This document shows positions 9,507 to 17,906 of a DNA stretch of 64,000 nt, in pieces. Within the stretch, counting starts at the first letter, position 1; every line of letters starts with the position of its first letter. The translations under genes were made by a program, and so were the position numbers. The notes under the pieces were generated by a model, which saw only the letters and a program-made list of their open reading frames with translations, had not been told where the DNA came from and ran no database searches. Source of the stretch: an uncultured Syntrophaceae bacterium (GTDB lineage: Bacteria > Desulfobacterota > Syntrophia > Syntrophales > UBA5619); the NCBI GenBank assembly GCA_964637025.1, contig CAZWTL010000001.1:81701-145700 (forward strand), in the 5' to 3' direction.

Positions 9507-10582
9507 TGGCGGCAATATGGGTCTTGACGGGGGCCATCGGGGTCCTGATCGGCGCTGAAATCGCATGTCGTCTGGCGTTTCGCCTCTGGTTCCGGTTCCC
9601 CTTCCACGACAGGCGCATTGCCGAGTATCCTTACAGACGGCTTCTGGAACAGACGGCCCCGCCCGTTCATTGCGTCTTCCGCCGGGGTTTCCGGTCGGAC
9701 CACCTCAATACCAACCGTTTCGGGCTCCGGGGGGACGAACCGGCGCCCAATGGCGAAAAACGCCGCATCCTCGTGATCGGCGAATCGAATTGGTTCGGAG
9801 CGAAACTCAGGGACGAACGCCGCATATGGGCGAAAAGAATGCAGGAGCTGCTGACGGAGGCCGGCCATGGGGAATGGGAGGTCCTCAACGGGGGTACCCC
9901 GCTCTACGGCAGCGCACAGCACTGGCACTTCTGGACCCGCGCGCTGGCCGAAGTCAGGCCGGAAATCGTGGTGGTCGGGATCGGGGGAAACGACGTCGCT
10001 CAGATGACCGTTCTGGGGGAACGCTGGACACACGAGGCCCACTGGCCTTTTGAATTCCTGCTGAAACTGGAGCGGAAGGGGACGTGGTGGAATGCCTTTT
10101 TAAGCCGCTTCTGCCTCTATTTTCTGTTGCGCCGCCTGTTCGAGGCGCCGCCTGCCCCGCATTTCCCAAAGGGCGAGGGCTTGCTGCCCTGGGAGGCCTG
10201 CAAGCGCCACATCCTCGATCAGTATCGCAATTTTCACGGGTATGCCAGCCGGACGGGGATCCGGATCGCCTTCACCAACTCATTTCCCCTGTATACCCCG
10301 GAGCCGTCGCCGGGGGAGGAACGGCGGCTGTGGGCGATCCAGGCCAATTACCGGGATTCCATCGAACGCGACGGCCGGTATTTTTTCGAACTCCAGGATG
10401 CCGTGGCCCGCGGCCTGTGCCCGGAACTGGGCGTCCCCTATTTGGACCTGAAAGCCGACTTTGACGCCTATCCCCGCCGCTACGAGTGCTGGTACGACCT
10501 CGGACACTGGAACGAAAGGGGAATGGACTTCATCGCCAAAGCCCTGTATCGCCGTATTGACCCATTGGGCTGGTGGGAGTGA
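9506..10582 (+). CDS. SGNH/GDSL-family hydrolase, N-terminally membrane anchored
   Basis: Internal ATG of ORF 8450..10582: 'MAAIWVLTGAIGVLIGAEIACRL' (TM anchor). Block I is 'ILVIGESNWFG', block III 'VVGIGGNDV', and the C-terminal 'DLGHWNERG' is a D-x-x-H-like block. Confidence 0.72.
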   Translation: MAAIWVLTGAIGVLIGAEIACRLAFRLWFRFPFHDRRIAEYPYRRLLEQTAPPVHCVFRRGFRSDHLNTNRFGLRGDEPAPNGEKRRILVIGESNWFGAKLRDERRIWAKRMQELLTEAGHGEWEVLNGGTPLYGSAQHWHFWTRALAEVRPEIVVVGIGGNDVAQMTVLGERWTHEAHWPFEFLLKLERKGTWWNAFLSRFCLYFLLRRLFEAPPAPHFPKGEGLLPWEACKRHILDQYRNFHGYASRTGIRIAFTNSFPLYTPEPSPGEERRLWAIQANYRDSIERDGRYFFELQDAVARGLCPELGVPYLDLKADFDAYPRRYECWYDLGHWNERGMDFIAKALYRRIDPLGWWE

Positions 10583-11968
10583 ATGGGTCCACGCAGCAAG
10601 AATGAACGAACCGGCATCGTGACGCCGACGGAGGTGATCTTGGAGAGCATCTCCGATGGCGTGTTTACGGTGGACACGCAGTGGCGCATCACTTCGTTCA
10701 ACCGCGCTGCCGAAGAAATTACCGGGGTGGTCCGTTCGGATGCGATCGGACGGCGCTGCTCGGATGTCTTCCGGTCCAGCCTCTGCGGGGCCGACTGCGC
10801 GCTGGCGCGGACCTTTGCGAAGGGCAGGCCGATCATCGGCACATCCGCTTACATCGTCGACGCCGAGGGGAACCGCATTCCCATCAGCATTTCCACCGCC
10901 CTGCTTCGTGATGCCAGGGGACGCGTGACCGGGGGCGCCGAGACGTTTCGCGATTTGTCGGAGGTGGAGACGCTTCGTCAGGAGGTGACCGGAAAGTTTC
11001 GCCTCGGCGATTTGATCAGCCGGAGCCCCTTGATGCAGCGGGTATTCGAAGTCCTGCCCTCCATCGCAGCCAGTCCCAGCACGGTCCTGGTCTTGGGGGA
11101 AACCGGGACGGGCAAGGAACGGATTGCCCGGACGCTTCACCACTTGAGTCCCCGGCGCGACGGCCCGTTTGTCGCCGTCAACTGCGGGGCCCTTCCGGAT
11201 ACGCTCCTGGAGTCGGAACTGTTCGGTTATAAGGCCGGCGCTTTTACCGGTGCCGCCAAGGACAAGCCCGGACGCTTTAAGTTGGCCAAAGGGGGGACGA
11301 TCTTTCTCGATGAGATCGGCGAGATAAGCCCGGCGCTGCAGGTCAAGCTGCTCCGTGTGCTGCAGGAACGGAGCTATGAACCCTTGGGATCGACCCGCTC
11401 CGAACAGGCCGATGTCCGAATCATCGCCGCCACCAACCGGGATCTGGCGGAGCGGATGCGAGACGGCGCGTTTCGGGAAGATCTCTATTATCGTTTGAAT
11501 GTGGTGCGCGTCGAGCTGCCCCCCCTGCGGCGGCGGAAGGAGGATATCCCCCTGCTGGTGGACCAGTTCGTCACCCGCTTCAACCGGATCAGGAAGACCG
11601 AGGTCCTGGGGATGACGGCGGAAGCGCTCTCCCTGCTCATGGCCCACGACTGGCCGGGCAATATCCGCGAGGTGGAAAACGCCGTCGAACATGCCTTCAT
11701 CCTCTGTCATGAAGGATATATCGACATCGGTCATCTGCCTGAAGCGTTGAGAATGCGCGGGCCCGATGCGGGATTCGGGGCCGACCTCCGTTCGGCGCGT
11801 GATATTTTGGACGGACAGGCGATCCGCACGGCCCTTGAACGCAATGCCTGCAACCGCGTTGCTGCGGCGCGCATGCTGGGGATCCACAAGACCACGCTCT
11901 TCCGGCAGATGAAGAGGCTGGGAATCACTCCTCCGAACCAGGACGGCCGCAAGCGCCGAATGAAGTAG
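10583..11968 (+). CDS. Sigma54-dependent transcriptional activator (PAS sensor + AAA+ + Fis-type HTH)
   Basis: Walker A 'GETGTGKE', sigma54-contact loop 'GAFTGA', 'ESELFGY', and C-terminal HTH 'AAARMLGIHKTTLFRQMKRLGI'. The N-terminal PAS carries the Cys cluster 'CSDVFRSSLCGADCAL'. The start directly abuts the upstream stop. Confidence 0.92.
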   Translation: MGPRSKNERTGIVTPTEVILESISDGVFTVDTQWRITSFNRAAEEITGVVRSDAIGRRCSDVFRSSLCGADCALARTFAKGRPIIGTSAYIVDAEGNRIPISISTALLRDARGRVTGGAETFRDLSEVETLRQEVTGKFRLGDLISRSPLMQRVFEVLPSIAASPSTVLVLGETGTGKERIARTLHHLSPRRDGPFVAVNCGALPDTLLESELFGYKAGAFTGAAKDKPGRFKLAKGGTIFLDEIGEISPALQVKLLRVLQERSYEPLGSTRSEQADVRIIAATNRDLAERMRDGAFREDLYYRLNVVRVELPPLRRRKEDIPLLVDQFVTRFNRIRKTEVLGMTAEALSLLMAHDWPGNIREVENAVEHAFILCHEGYIDIGHLPEALRMRGPDAGFGADLRSARDILDGQAIRTALERNACNRVAAARMLGIHKTTLFRQMKRLGITPPNQDGRKRRMK

Positions 11969-11997
11969 CGTTTATGCATCGATAGATAATTAGTAAG

Positions 11998-12013
11998 GTT
12001 GCGCTAACGCAAC
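11998..12013. promoter_or_regulatory. Inverted repeat GTTGCG-CTAA-CGCAAC, candidate enhancer (UAS) for the adjacent sigma54 activator
   Basis: Perfect 6-bp arms with a 4-nt spacer, centred about 98 bp upstream of the -24 element. It is too short and has no U-tract, so a terminator is unlikely. Confidence 0.4.
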
Positions 12014-12101
12014 TATACCTCTTCCGCTTTTCCGCCCCGGAACCCTTCAAAGATCGGTATCGCAATGGATATCCGGCCCTCTCGCTCCTGACGACCGAAG
12101 A

Positions 12102-12117
12102 TGGCACGTCGCTTGCT
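12102..12117 (+). promoter_or_regulatory. Sigma54 (-24/-12) promoter
   Basis: TGGCACGTCGCTTGCT matches consensus TGGCACG-N4-TTGCW at every conserved position, with canonical GG-to-GC spacing. It lies 38 nt upstream of ATG 12155 and just downstream of the sigma54 activator gene. Confidence 0.8.
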
Positions 12118-12154
12118 CCTCTTCCCTGTGCAGACGCTTGCATGGAAATGGAAA

Positions 12155-12754
12155 ATGAAGGCTGCCTTTCCTTTCTGGGACAATCGAATCGCGCCGGTAT
12201 TCGATGCCGCGCGGCAGGTTTGCGTCGTCGAGACGGAATCCGGGCGGGTCGTTCGGGAAAGCCGGGAGCCGCTGACGGGGGATCTGCCGGTTCAAAAGGC
12301 GCTTCGCCTGACAGAGCTGGGTGTGGCCGTGCTGGTTTGCGGCGCCATTTCCAGGCCTCTGCAGGGAATGCTTGCCGGTTGCGGCATCCGGGTGGTTCCC
12401 TTTGTTTCGGGAGATCTGAGCGATGTGATTCGGGCATGGATTTCCGGCCACCTTCACCGAGGCGCCTTTGCCATGCCGGGTTGTTTGAGGGGAGGGCGCC
12501 GCCGATTCGGAGGTCAGCGCATCGTTTACGGAAAGGGGGATGTCATGAACGGAATGGGACAGGGCAGATGGGGAATGGGAGGCGGACAGGGACGGGGTCA
12601 GGGTGGCCGGAGGGTTGGCCGCGGCCCGCTGGCGGCCGGACCGGACGGACACTGCGTCTGCCCTCAGTGTGGCCACAAGGAGCCCCATCAACGCGGAGTA
12701 CCCTGCGTCGAGCGCAGGTGCCCGAACTGCGGGGCCACCATGGTCAGAGAATAA
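12155..12754 (+). CDS. NifX/NifB-C-terminal-like (dinitrogenase FeMo-cofactor-binding fold) protein fused to a Gly/Arg-rich linker and a C-terminal 4-Cys zinc ribbon
   Basis: Start is placed downstream of the sigma54 promoter (the ORF 12101 start lies inside the promoter). 'MKAAFPFWDNRIAPVFDAARQVCVVETESG...LGVAVLVCGAISRPLQGMLAGCGIRVVPFVSGDL' resembles the small NifX-like family. The tail is 'GMGQGRWGMGGGQGRGQGGRRVGRG...CVCPQCGHKEPHQRGVPCVERRCPNCG'. Confidence 0.65.
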   Translation: MKAAFPFWDNRIAPVFDAARQVCVVETESGRVVRESREPLTGDLPVQKALRLTELGVAVLVCGAISRPLQGMLAGCGIRVVPFVSGDLSDVIRAWISGHLHRGAFAMPGCLRGGRRRFGGQRIVYGKGDVMNGMGQGRWGMGGGQGRGQGGRRVGRGPLAAGPDGHCVCPQCGHKEPHQRGVPCVERRCPNCGATMVRE

Positions 12755-12785
12755 CAGGTGATCCTGAGTCAAGGAGGACGCGAAC

Positions 12786-13172
12786 ATGCCAGGTGGAGAT
12801 CGAACAGGACCCGGGGGAATGGGGCCCATGACCGGACGTGCGGCGGGATGCTGCGCAGGGTTCGGTGTTCCGGGGTACGCGAATTCAGTGCCCGGGAGGG
12901 GTTTCGGAATCGGCTCCGGCAGGGGCGGAGGATTTTGGAGACGCGGCGGGGGGAGCCGCGGATGGCGGAACATGCTTTACGCCACCGGTCAACCGGGTTG
13001 GATGCGCTTCGGCGGGTCCGCGACGCCTGATGGCCACCCTGCGTCGCACCAGGCCGCCAGTCCGGAGATGGAAAGGCGGTTTCTCAAAGGTCAAGTCGAT
13101 GCCCTGCAGGCGGAGATGGATGCCATCCGGAAACGGCTTGCCGACATCGAAGCCGGGACGGCGGAGCCATAA
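12786..13172 (+). CDS. DUF5320-family protein (Gly/Arg-rich N-half, C-terminal coiled coil)
   Basis: 'MPGGDRTGPGGMGPMTGRAAGCCAG' and the C-terminal heptad-like 'FLKGQVDALQAEMDAIRKRLADIE' match my memory of the DUF5320 family, which commonly neighbours NifX-like genes in anaerobes. Confidence 0.6.
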   Translation: MPGGDRTGPGGMGPMTGRAAGCCAGFGVPGYANSVPGRGFGIGSGRGGGFWRRGGGSRGWRNMLYATGQPGWMRFGGSATPDGHPASHQAASPEMERRFLKGQVDALQAEMDAIRKRLADIEAGTAEP

Positions 13173-13200
13173 TGCCGGCTGGAATCAGGAACACGACGGC

Positions 13201-13244
13201 CGATTGGCGCTCCGGTGCGTCACGGCCAATCGTGTTTTGGGTTT
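13201..13244 (+). terminator. Candidate Rho-independent terminator after the DUF5320 gene
   Basis: CGATTGG (13201-13207) pairs with CCAATCG (13226-13232). It is followed by TGTTTTGGGTTT. Confidence 0.45.
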
Positions 13245-13451
13245 CCCCATTGACAGGATGAAGTACGGCCCGCGGCGGGAGGCACCGGATTATCCTCGAG
13301 GGGGAGGGCCATTACCGCACGGGACCGCCGGCCCTGTTCCCTTGAACTTTCGCGGGACGCCGCCGGAGGCAGGCCGATCCAGACGATCCGCAGCACCGGA
13401 CCGAATCGATCGGGAGGAACGCTGCGGAAAACCTCCGTGTGGAGGATAGCC

Positions 13452-14432
13452 ATGGCGCCACCCGGCTTTCGATACTCCTTTGGCCCCGTTCCGTCGAGGC
13501 GTTTGGGGAAGAGCCTGGGAATCAACAACATTCCGTCCAAGGTGTGCACCTATTCCTGCCTTTACTGTCAGGTGGGGCGGACCACGTCCATGACACTGGA
13601 TCGCCGCGCCTTTTACCCGCCGGAAGCGATCTTCCGGGACGTGCAGAACAGGATTGCAGCGACAAGGGAGGCGGCGGAGTCCATGGATTATCTCGCCTTC
13701 GTTCCGGATGGAGAGCCCACCCTGGACATCCGCCTCGGCAGCGAACTGGGGATGATGAGGTCTTTCGGGATTCCCGTCGGCGTCATTACAAACGGTTCTC
13801 TTCTCTGGCGCGCCGACGTGAGAGAGGCGCTTGCCGGCGCAGATTGGGTTTCTGTGAAGGTCGATGCCGTTGAGGAACGCATCTGGAGGAGGATCGACCG
13901 ACCGCACAAAATCCTCAAGCTGTCCTCAGTTCTGGAGGGGATAGGAGGGTTCGCCGAGACCTTTGCCGGGAAACTTGTCACCGAGACGATGCTCGTAAAG
14001 GACATCAACGACAATGAACATTGCCTGGCGGGAATCGCGGCATTCATCGGGGGCTTGAAGCCCGATGCGGCCTATTTGAGCATTCCGACCCGGCCGCCGG
14101 CCCTGCAGCGGGTTCGCGCACCCGCCGCAGGGACCGTGAACCGGGCGTACCGAATTTTCGCCGATCAATTGGAGCATGTGGAATATCTCATCGGCTACGA
14201 GGGGGATGCGTTCGTCTTTACCGGTGACATCCAAAGGGACCTTCTGAGCATTGCCGCCGTTCACCCCATGCGCAGAGAGGCGGTCGACGCGCTTTTGGCA
14301 AAGGCCGGAGCCTCATGGGCTGTCGTGGACGAGCTGCTGGCCCATGGAGAGCTGGCAGAGGTGAGGCACGATGGCCATCTCTTCTATCTGAGATCCTTCA
14401 GGACCGGATGCGCCTCCACAGGGGTCCCGTGA
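13452..14432 (+). CDS. Radical SAM protein (COG0731-like, NifB/MoaA-related)
   Basis: Has 'GPVPSRRLGKSLGINNIPSKVCTYSCLYCQVG' (CxxxCxxC). ATG 13452 is preceded by GGAGGA, 5 nt upstream. Confidence 0.8.
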   Translation: MAPPGFRYSFGPVPSRRLGKSLGINNIPSKVCTYSCLYCQVGRTTSMTLDRRAFYPPEAIFRDVQNRIAATREAAESMDYLAFVPDGEPTLDIRLGSELGMMRSFGIPVGVITNGSLLWRADVREALAGADWVSVKVDAVEERIWRRIDRPHKILKLSSVLEGIGGFAETFAGKLVTETMLVKDINDNEHCLAGIAAFIGGLKPDAAYLSIPTRPPALQRVRAPAAGTVNRAYRIFADQLEHVEYLIGYEGDAFVFTGDIQRDLLSIAAVHPMRREAVDALLAKAGASWAVVDELLAHGELAEVRHDGHLFYLRSFRTGCASTGVP

Positions 14433-14498
14433 ATTCCCTGGACCGATGCCCTTTCCACCAGATCCCCCGAGCCGCGGCCTCCTGCCCGTGCGGAGGGG

Positions 14499-15077
14499 TT
14501 ATCCTGATTTCCCCTCCATGAGCCTGAGCCAGATTTTTGCCGTCATCCGGGCGTCGTCCAGGGCGCGATGGTTCTGCCGATGCAGGCCCGCATCGGGGAA
14601 GAGGTGGAGGTAGACCGTTTCCAGGGTGTGGTCCGTCAGGCGCGGGAGGCGTCTCCGGCTGAGCTCCAGCGTGCAGAGATGGGGGTGGGGGAGGGTCATG
14701 CCCAGCCGGGCGAACTCGTGGCGGAGAAAGCGAACGTCGAAAGCCGCGTTGTGGGCGATCAGCACGCTCTCCCGGATGAACCGGGCGAACAGCGGGAGCA
14801 CCTGCTCCGGCGCCGGCTGGCCCGCAAGCATCTCGTCGGTGATCCCGTGGATCGCCTGCACCACCAGGGGGACAGGAACCCCGGCGTCGATCAGCGATGA
14901 AAACTCCCCGACGACTTCCCCCTCCTCGATGGCGACCGCTCCGATCTCGATCACCCGGTGGCCCTGCCGGGGCGACAGGCCCGTGGTTTCGACGTCCACG
15001 ACCACGTGGCGTTCGGCCGGAGGCGGCCCGCCCACGGCGGCGAAGGCCTCTTCACGCGTTCGGATGATCGGTTTCAT
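14499..15077 (-). CDS. DnaQ/DEDDh-family 3'-5' exonuclease (Pol III epsilon-like, stand-alone)
   Basis: Exo I 'VVVDVETTGL', Exo II 'IAHNAAFDVRFL', Exo III 'HRALDDARMTAKIW'. Confidence 0.85.
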   Translation of the reverse strand: MKPIIRTREEAFAAVGGPPPAERHVVVDVETTGLSPRQGHRVIEIGAVAIEEGEVVGEFSSLIDAGVPVPLVVQAIHGITDEMLAGQPAPEQVLPLFARFIRESVLIAHNAAFDVRFLRHEFARLGMTLPHPHLCTLELSRRRLPRLTDHTLETVYLHLFPDAGLHRQNHRALDDARMTAKIWLRLMEGKSG

Positions 15078-15190
15078 GTCATGCCTCTACGGGATGTGCC
15101 GAAGGTTAACCGGTTTCGTTCGCCATGTCCGGTCCGGCCGGGAATGGTCCTTGATCACACCGATTGTTGAAAACGGGCGGGTTGAAATGA

Positions 15191-16504
15191 TCACAGGAGG
15201 TACATCCGTTCCGCCTCCTTGAGCAGGTCCTCGCGGAAGCGGGGGTGGGCCAATTCGATGATCGCCAGGGCGCGCTCCCGGGTCGACTTTCCCTTCAGGT
15301 CGGTGATGCCGTATTCGGTGACCAGGTATTGCGTGTCCATTCGGGGCGTCGTGATCACCGAACCCCGGTCGAGCCGCGGGACGATCCGGGAGACGGTCCC
15401 CTGTTTGGCCGTGGCGTAGAAGGCCAGGAAGGACTTCCCCTCCCGGGCGTTGAAGGCGCCGCGCACGAAATCGAGCTGCCCCCCGGTGGCGCTGAACTGA
15501 TATCCGGCCAGGGCCTCGGCGTTGCACTGGCCCAGCAGGTCCACCTCCAGCACGGAATTGACCGAGATCATCCGGTCGTTGCGGGCGATCACGGCCGGGT
15601 CGTTGACGTAGGAGACCGGATAGCTTTCCAGACTCGGGTTGTCGTCAATGAACCCGTACATCTCCGGGGTGCCGATGGCGACCGTAAAGACATGTTTGCG
15701 CGGATGGAGGGTCTTGCGTCTTCCCGTGACCACCCCGCCCCGGATCAGTTCCATCATGCCGGGACCGAAGAGTTCCGTGTGGATGCCCAGGTCCCTGTGG
15801 CTGGTCAGGTAGCGGGACACGGCATCGGGGAGGGCGCCGATTCCGAGCTGGATCGTCGCCCCGTCGGGGATCAGCGCCGCGATCCGTTTGCCGATCCGCT
15901 CGTCCTCCGGTTCCGGCGCTGCAACCGGTACGGCGAACAGGGGGGCGTCGTTCTCCACGATCGCGTGCACTTCGGAGACGTGCAGCAGGGAATCGCCGAA
16001 GACGCGGGGCATGTTCCTGTTCACCTCCACGATCAGCCGTTTGGCGCAGCGGGCCGCCGTGGAGATGAAATCGTTCGAGGCGCCGAAGCTGAAGTGTCCC
16101 GCCTTGTCCATGGGGGAGACCACGGTGACCACGGTGTCGATGTCCATGTATTCTCGGCAGAGTTTGGGGATCTGGTGAAAGTAGTTCGGCACGAAATAGC
16201 TCAGCCCGGTCCGGACCCGCGAGCGGTCCGCGCCGGTGACGAACCAGGTATAGGAGGTGATCACGTCGCACAGGTCCACGGCCAGAACCGTCTTCATGGC
16301 CACGGCGGTGGGGAAGAAGGAGTAGATCTTGATGTCCTTGAGATCCCCGGACCGGGCGCGGCTCGCAATGGCTTCCAGGAGCGCCGGGGGTTCGGCCGTG
16401 GCGGCGCCATGGACCAGGGTTTCCCCGTCTTTGATCCGCCCTGCGGCCTTGTCCGGGGTCGTGAGTTTCCGCCGGTACTGGGCGGCAAAATCGGATTTTT
16501 TCAT
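15191..16504 (-). CDS. Acetyl-CoA hydrolase/transferase family enzyme (4-hydroxybutyrate/butyryl-CoA:acetate CoA-transferase-like)
   Basis: Internal ATG of ORF 15191..16561, preceded by GAGGGAGGA. Contains 'GIGALPDAV', 'IHTELF' and 'SATGGQLDFVRGA', typical of the AcetylCoA_hydro/Cat family. Confidence 0.82.
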   Translation of the reverse strand: MKKSDFAAQYRRKLTTPDKAAGRIKDGETLVHGAATAEPPALLEAIASRARSGDLKDIKIYSFFPTAVAMKTVLAVDLCDVITSYTWFVTGADRSRVRTGLSYFVPNYFHQIPKLCREYMDIDTVVTVVSPMDKAGHFSFGASNDFISTAARCAKRLIVEVNRNMPRVFGDSLLHVSEVHAIVENDAPLFAVPVAAPEPEDERIGKRIAALIPDGATIQLGIGALPDAVSRYLTSHRDLGIHTELFGPGMMELIRGGVVTGRRKTLHPRKHVFTVAIGTPEMYGFIDDNPSLESYPVSYVNDPAVIARNDRMISVNSVLEVDLLGQCNAEALAGYQFSATGGQLDFVRGAFNAREGKSFLAFYATAKQGTVSRIVPRLDRGSVITTPRMDTQYLVTEYGITDLKGKSTRERALAIIELAHPRFREDLLKEAERMYLL

Positions 16505-16607
16505 CGGTTCCTCCCTCGCGGGCCGGAATGGCCCCGATCCGGCTGCTATGCGTCCGTGCATCCCCCTGCCGGACGGGGTCCGGACAACCGGCCTCTTGAG
16601 AGCCTCC

Positions 16608-17636
16608 TCAGCCCTTCCCGACCTGCGCCCGCTCCCAGTCCGTGCGGATCACGGCCATGAGGTCCCTGGCCACATCGGAATCCAACACGATGCCTTCGAA
16701 ATCCGGGGGGCAGTAGAGTTTCTGCATGAGCAGCCCGTCCCCGTCGAACCAGCGGGGCAGCGGCCCGCCGAAGAAATAGCCGTTTCCCCGGAGAATCTCG
16801 ACGGCCCGATCGACCCAGGGTTCGGTCAGATTGAGCCAGACCTGGATCACGGCCGCCTTTTGGGTGCGGGCCCCGGCTTCCAGATCGGCCAGGCGGGCCG
16901 CAAAATCCCTGCCGACGGAATGGACGGCGATCCGGGCCACCTGCGCGAAGTCGAATTGGCTGACCTCGATGTGCGACGGAAGGTCCGGGAGAGGGTCCGG
17001 TCCGGCGGTTACGAGGTCTCGGGCGTCGTCGAGCCGCCCATAGATCCCGCGCAGCGTTCCGTCATACGATGCCGGGAGATAGACCCGATGGGGTTTGGGC
17101 CTGTAGCAGCGGAAGCCGTTCAGGGTCGCCACCCGGCTTGCGGTGGTCTTCTCCTTCCCGTAGGTATCGGACGGCATCAGGGCCACTTCGATGGAGGTCC
17201 AGATATGCTGGAGCGACCTGACGCTTCTCTGCATGTAAGGGTGATAGCAGACCGCCTCGCCGAAGGTCTCTTCGATGTTCGGCATCCGGGGGACGAATTC
17301 ATCATACATGAAACGCAGCATTTCGAAATTGACCTTGGCCCCCCGATATTCCTTCAGCACGAGGCCCGCCCCGGCCTCGTAGAGGCCCGGATACGGAGCC
17401 GACCGGAAGAGATGTTCGACGCCGATCACCTCGCCGGAGGCCGACCGGCCGACGATGGAGTAATAACGCCCCTCGGCGTTGGCGGCGACGATCGCCGCGG
17501 GATCGTAGAACAGCCGGATCGGATAATGCTCCCCGTAGACGGCATGAAAGAGGCGGACGATTCCCGCGGCGTCCTCCTCCCGGAACAGGCCGACCGTGAA
17601 TTGAAGCGACGCCTTGTCCTGAATCCCGTTGTCCAT
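16608..17636 (-). CDS. Putative two-lobed GNAT-like acyltransferase
   Basis: 342 aa. The N-lobe 'VGLFREEDAAGIVRLFHAVYGEHYP...GAGLVLKEYRGAKV' resembles a GNAT acetyl-CoA-binding region. The C-lobe ends 'GYFFGGPLPRWFDGDGLLMQKL'. Assignment is by resemblance only. Confidence 0.4.
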   Translation of the reverse strand: MDNGIQDKASLQFTVGLFREEDAAGIVRLFHAVYGEHYPIRLFYDPAAIVAANAEGRYYSIVGRSASGEVIGVEHLFRSAPYPGLYEAGAGLVLKEYRGAKVNFEMLRFMYDEFVPRMPNIEETFGEAVCYHPYMQRSVRSLQHIWTSIEVALMPSDTYGKEKTTASRVATLNGFRCYRPKPHRVYLPASYDGTLRGIYGRLDDARDLVTAGPDPLPDLPSHIEVSQFDFAQVARIAVHSVGRDFAARLADLEAGARTQKAAVIQVWLNLTEPWVDRAVEILRGNGYFFGGPLPRWFDGDGLLMQKLYCPPDFEGIVLDSDVARDLMAVIRTDWERAQVGKG

Positions 17637-17906
17637 ATCGTTTCCTTTCGCGATGATCGGATATCGACGGCAACACCCCGGAGGGATGACCGTCCGGTGC
17701 GCGCCGCCGCGGCCGGCGAACCCCGCGCCGAGGGCAACAGATCCGGGGCAGCGGCGGTTACAATGACGGGAATGATACCATAAAAGGATGTCCGGATCAC
17801 GATCATATTCCGCAAGGGTGTGGCCGTTTGTGAAAAGACGGAAATCGGTTTGCGCCCCGACGGGGTCAGATCCCGGCTCCGCTGCGGGCGTCCGTTCGCG
17901 GCAGCG

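Noticed and set aside
8307-9566. 419-aa antisense ORF, plus the N-terminal 350 codons of ORF 8450..10582, both overlapping the MFS transporter gene
   Set aside because: Both have low-complexity Arg/Gly/Pro/His-rich translations. The MFS frame gives clean TM helices. Only the part of 8450..10582 from ATG 9506 onwards looks like a real protein (the SGNH hydrolase).
10280-11887. 535-aa ORF antisense to the sigma54 activator
   Set aside because: It has no recognisable domain and a biased composition, while the opposite strand has every bEBP motif.
12500-12960. Repetitive GGN/CGN-rich DNA that looks like a tandem repeat
   Set aside because: It is low-complexity coding sequence for the Gly/Arg-rich segments of the NifX-like fusion and the DUF5320 protein. 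It has no regular period.
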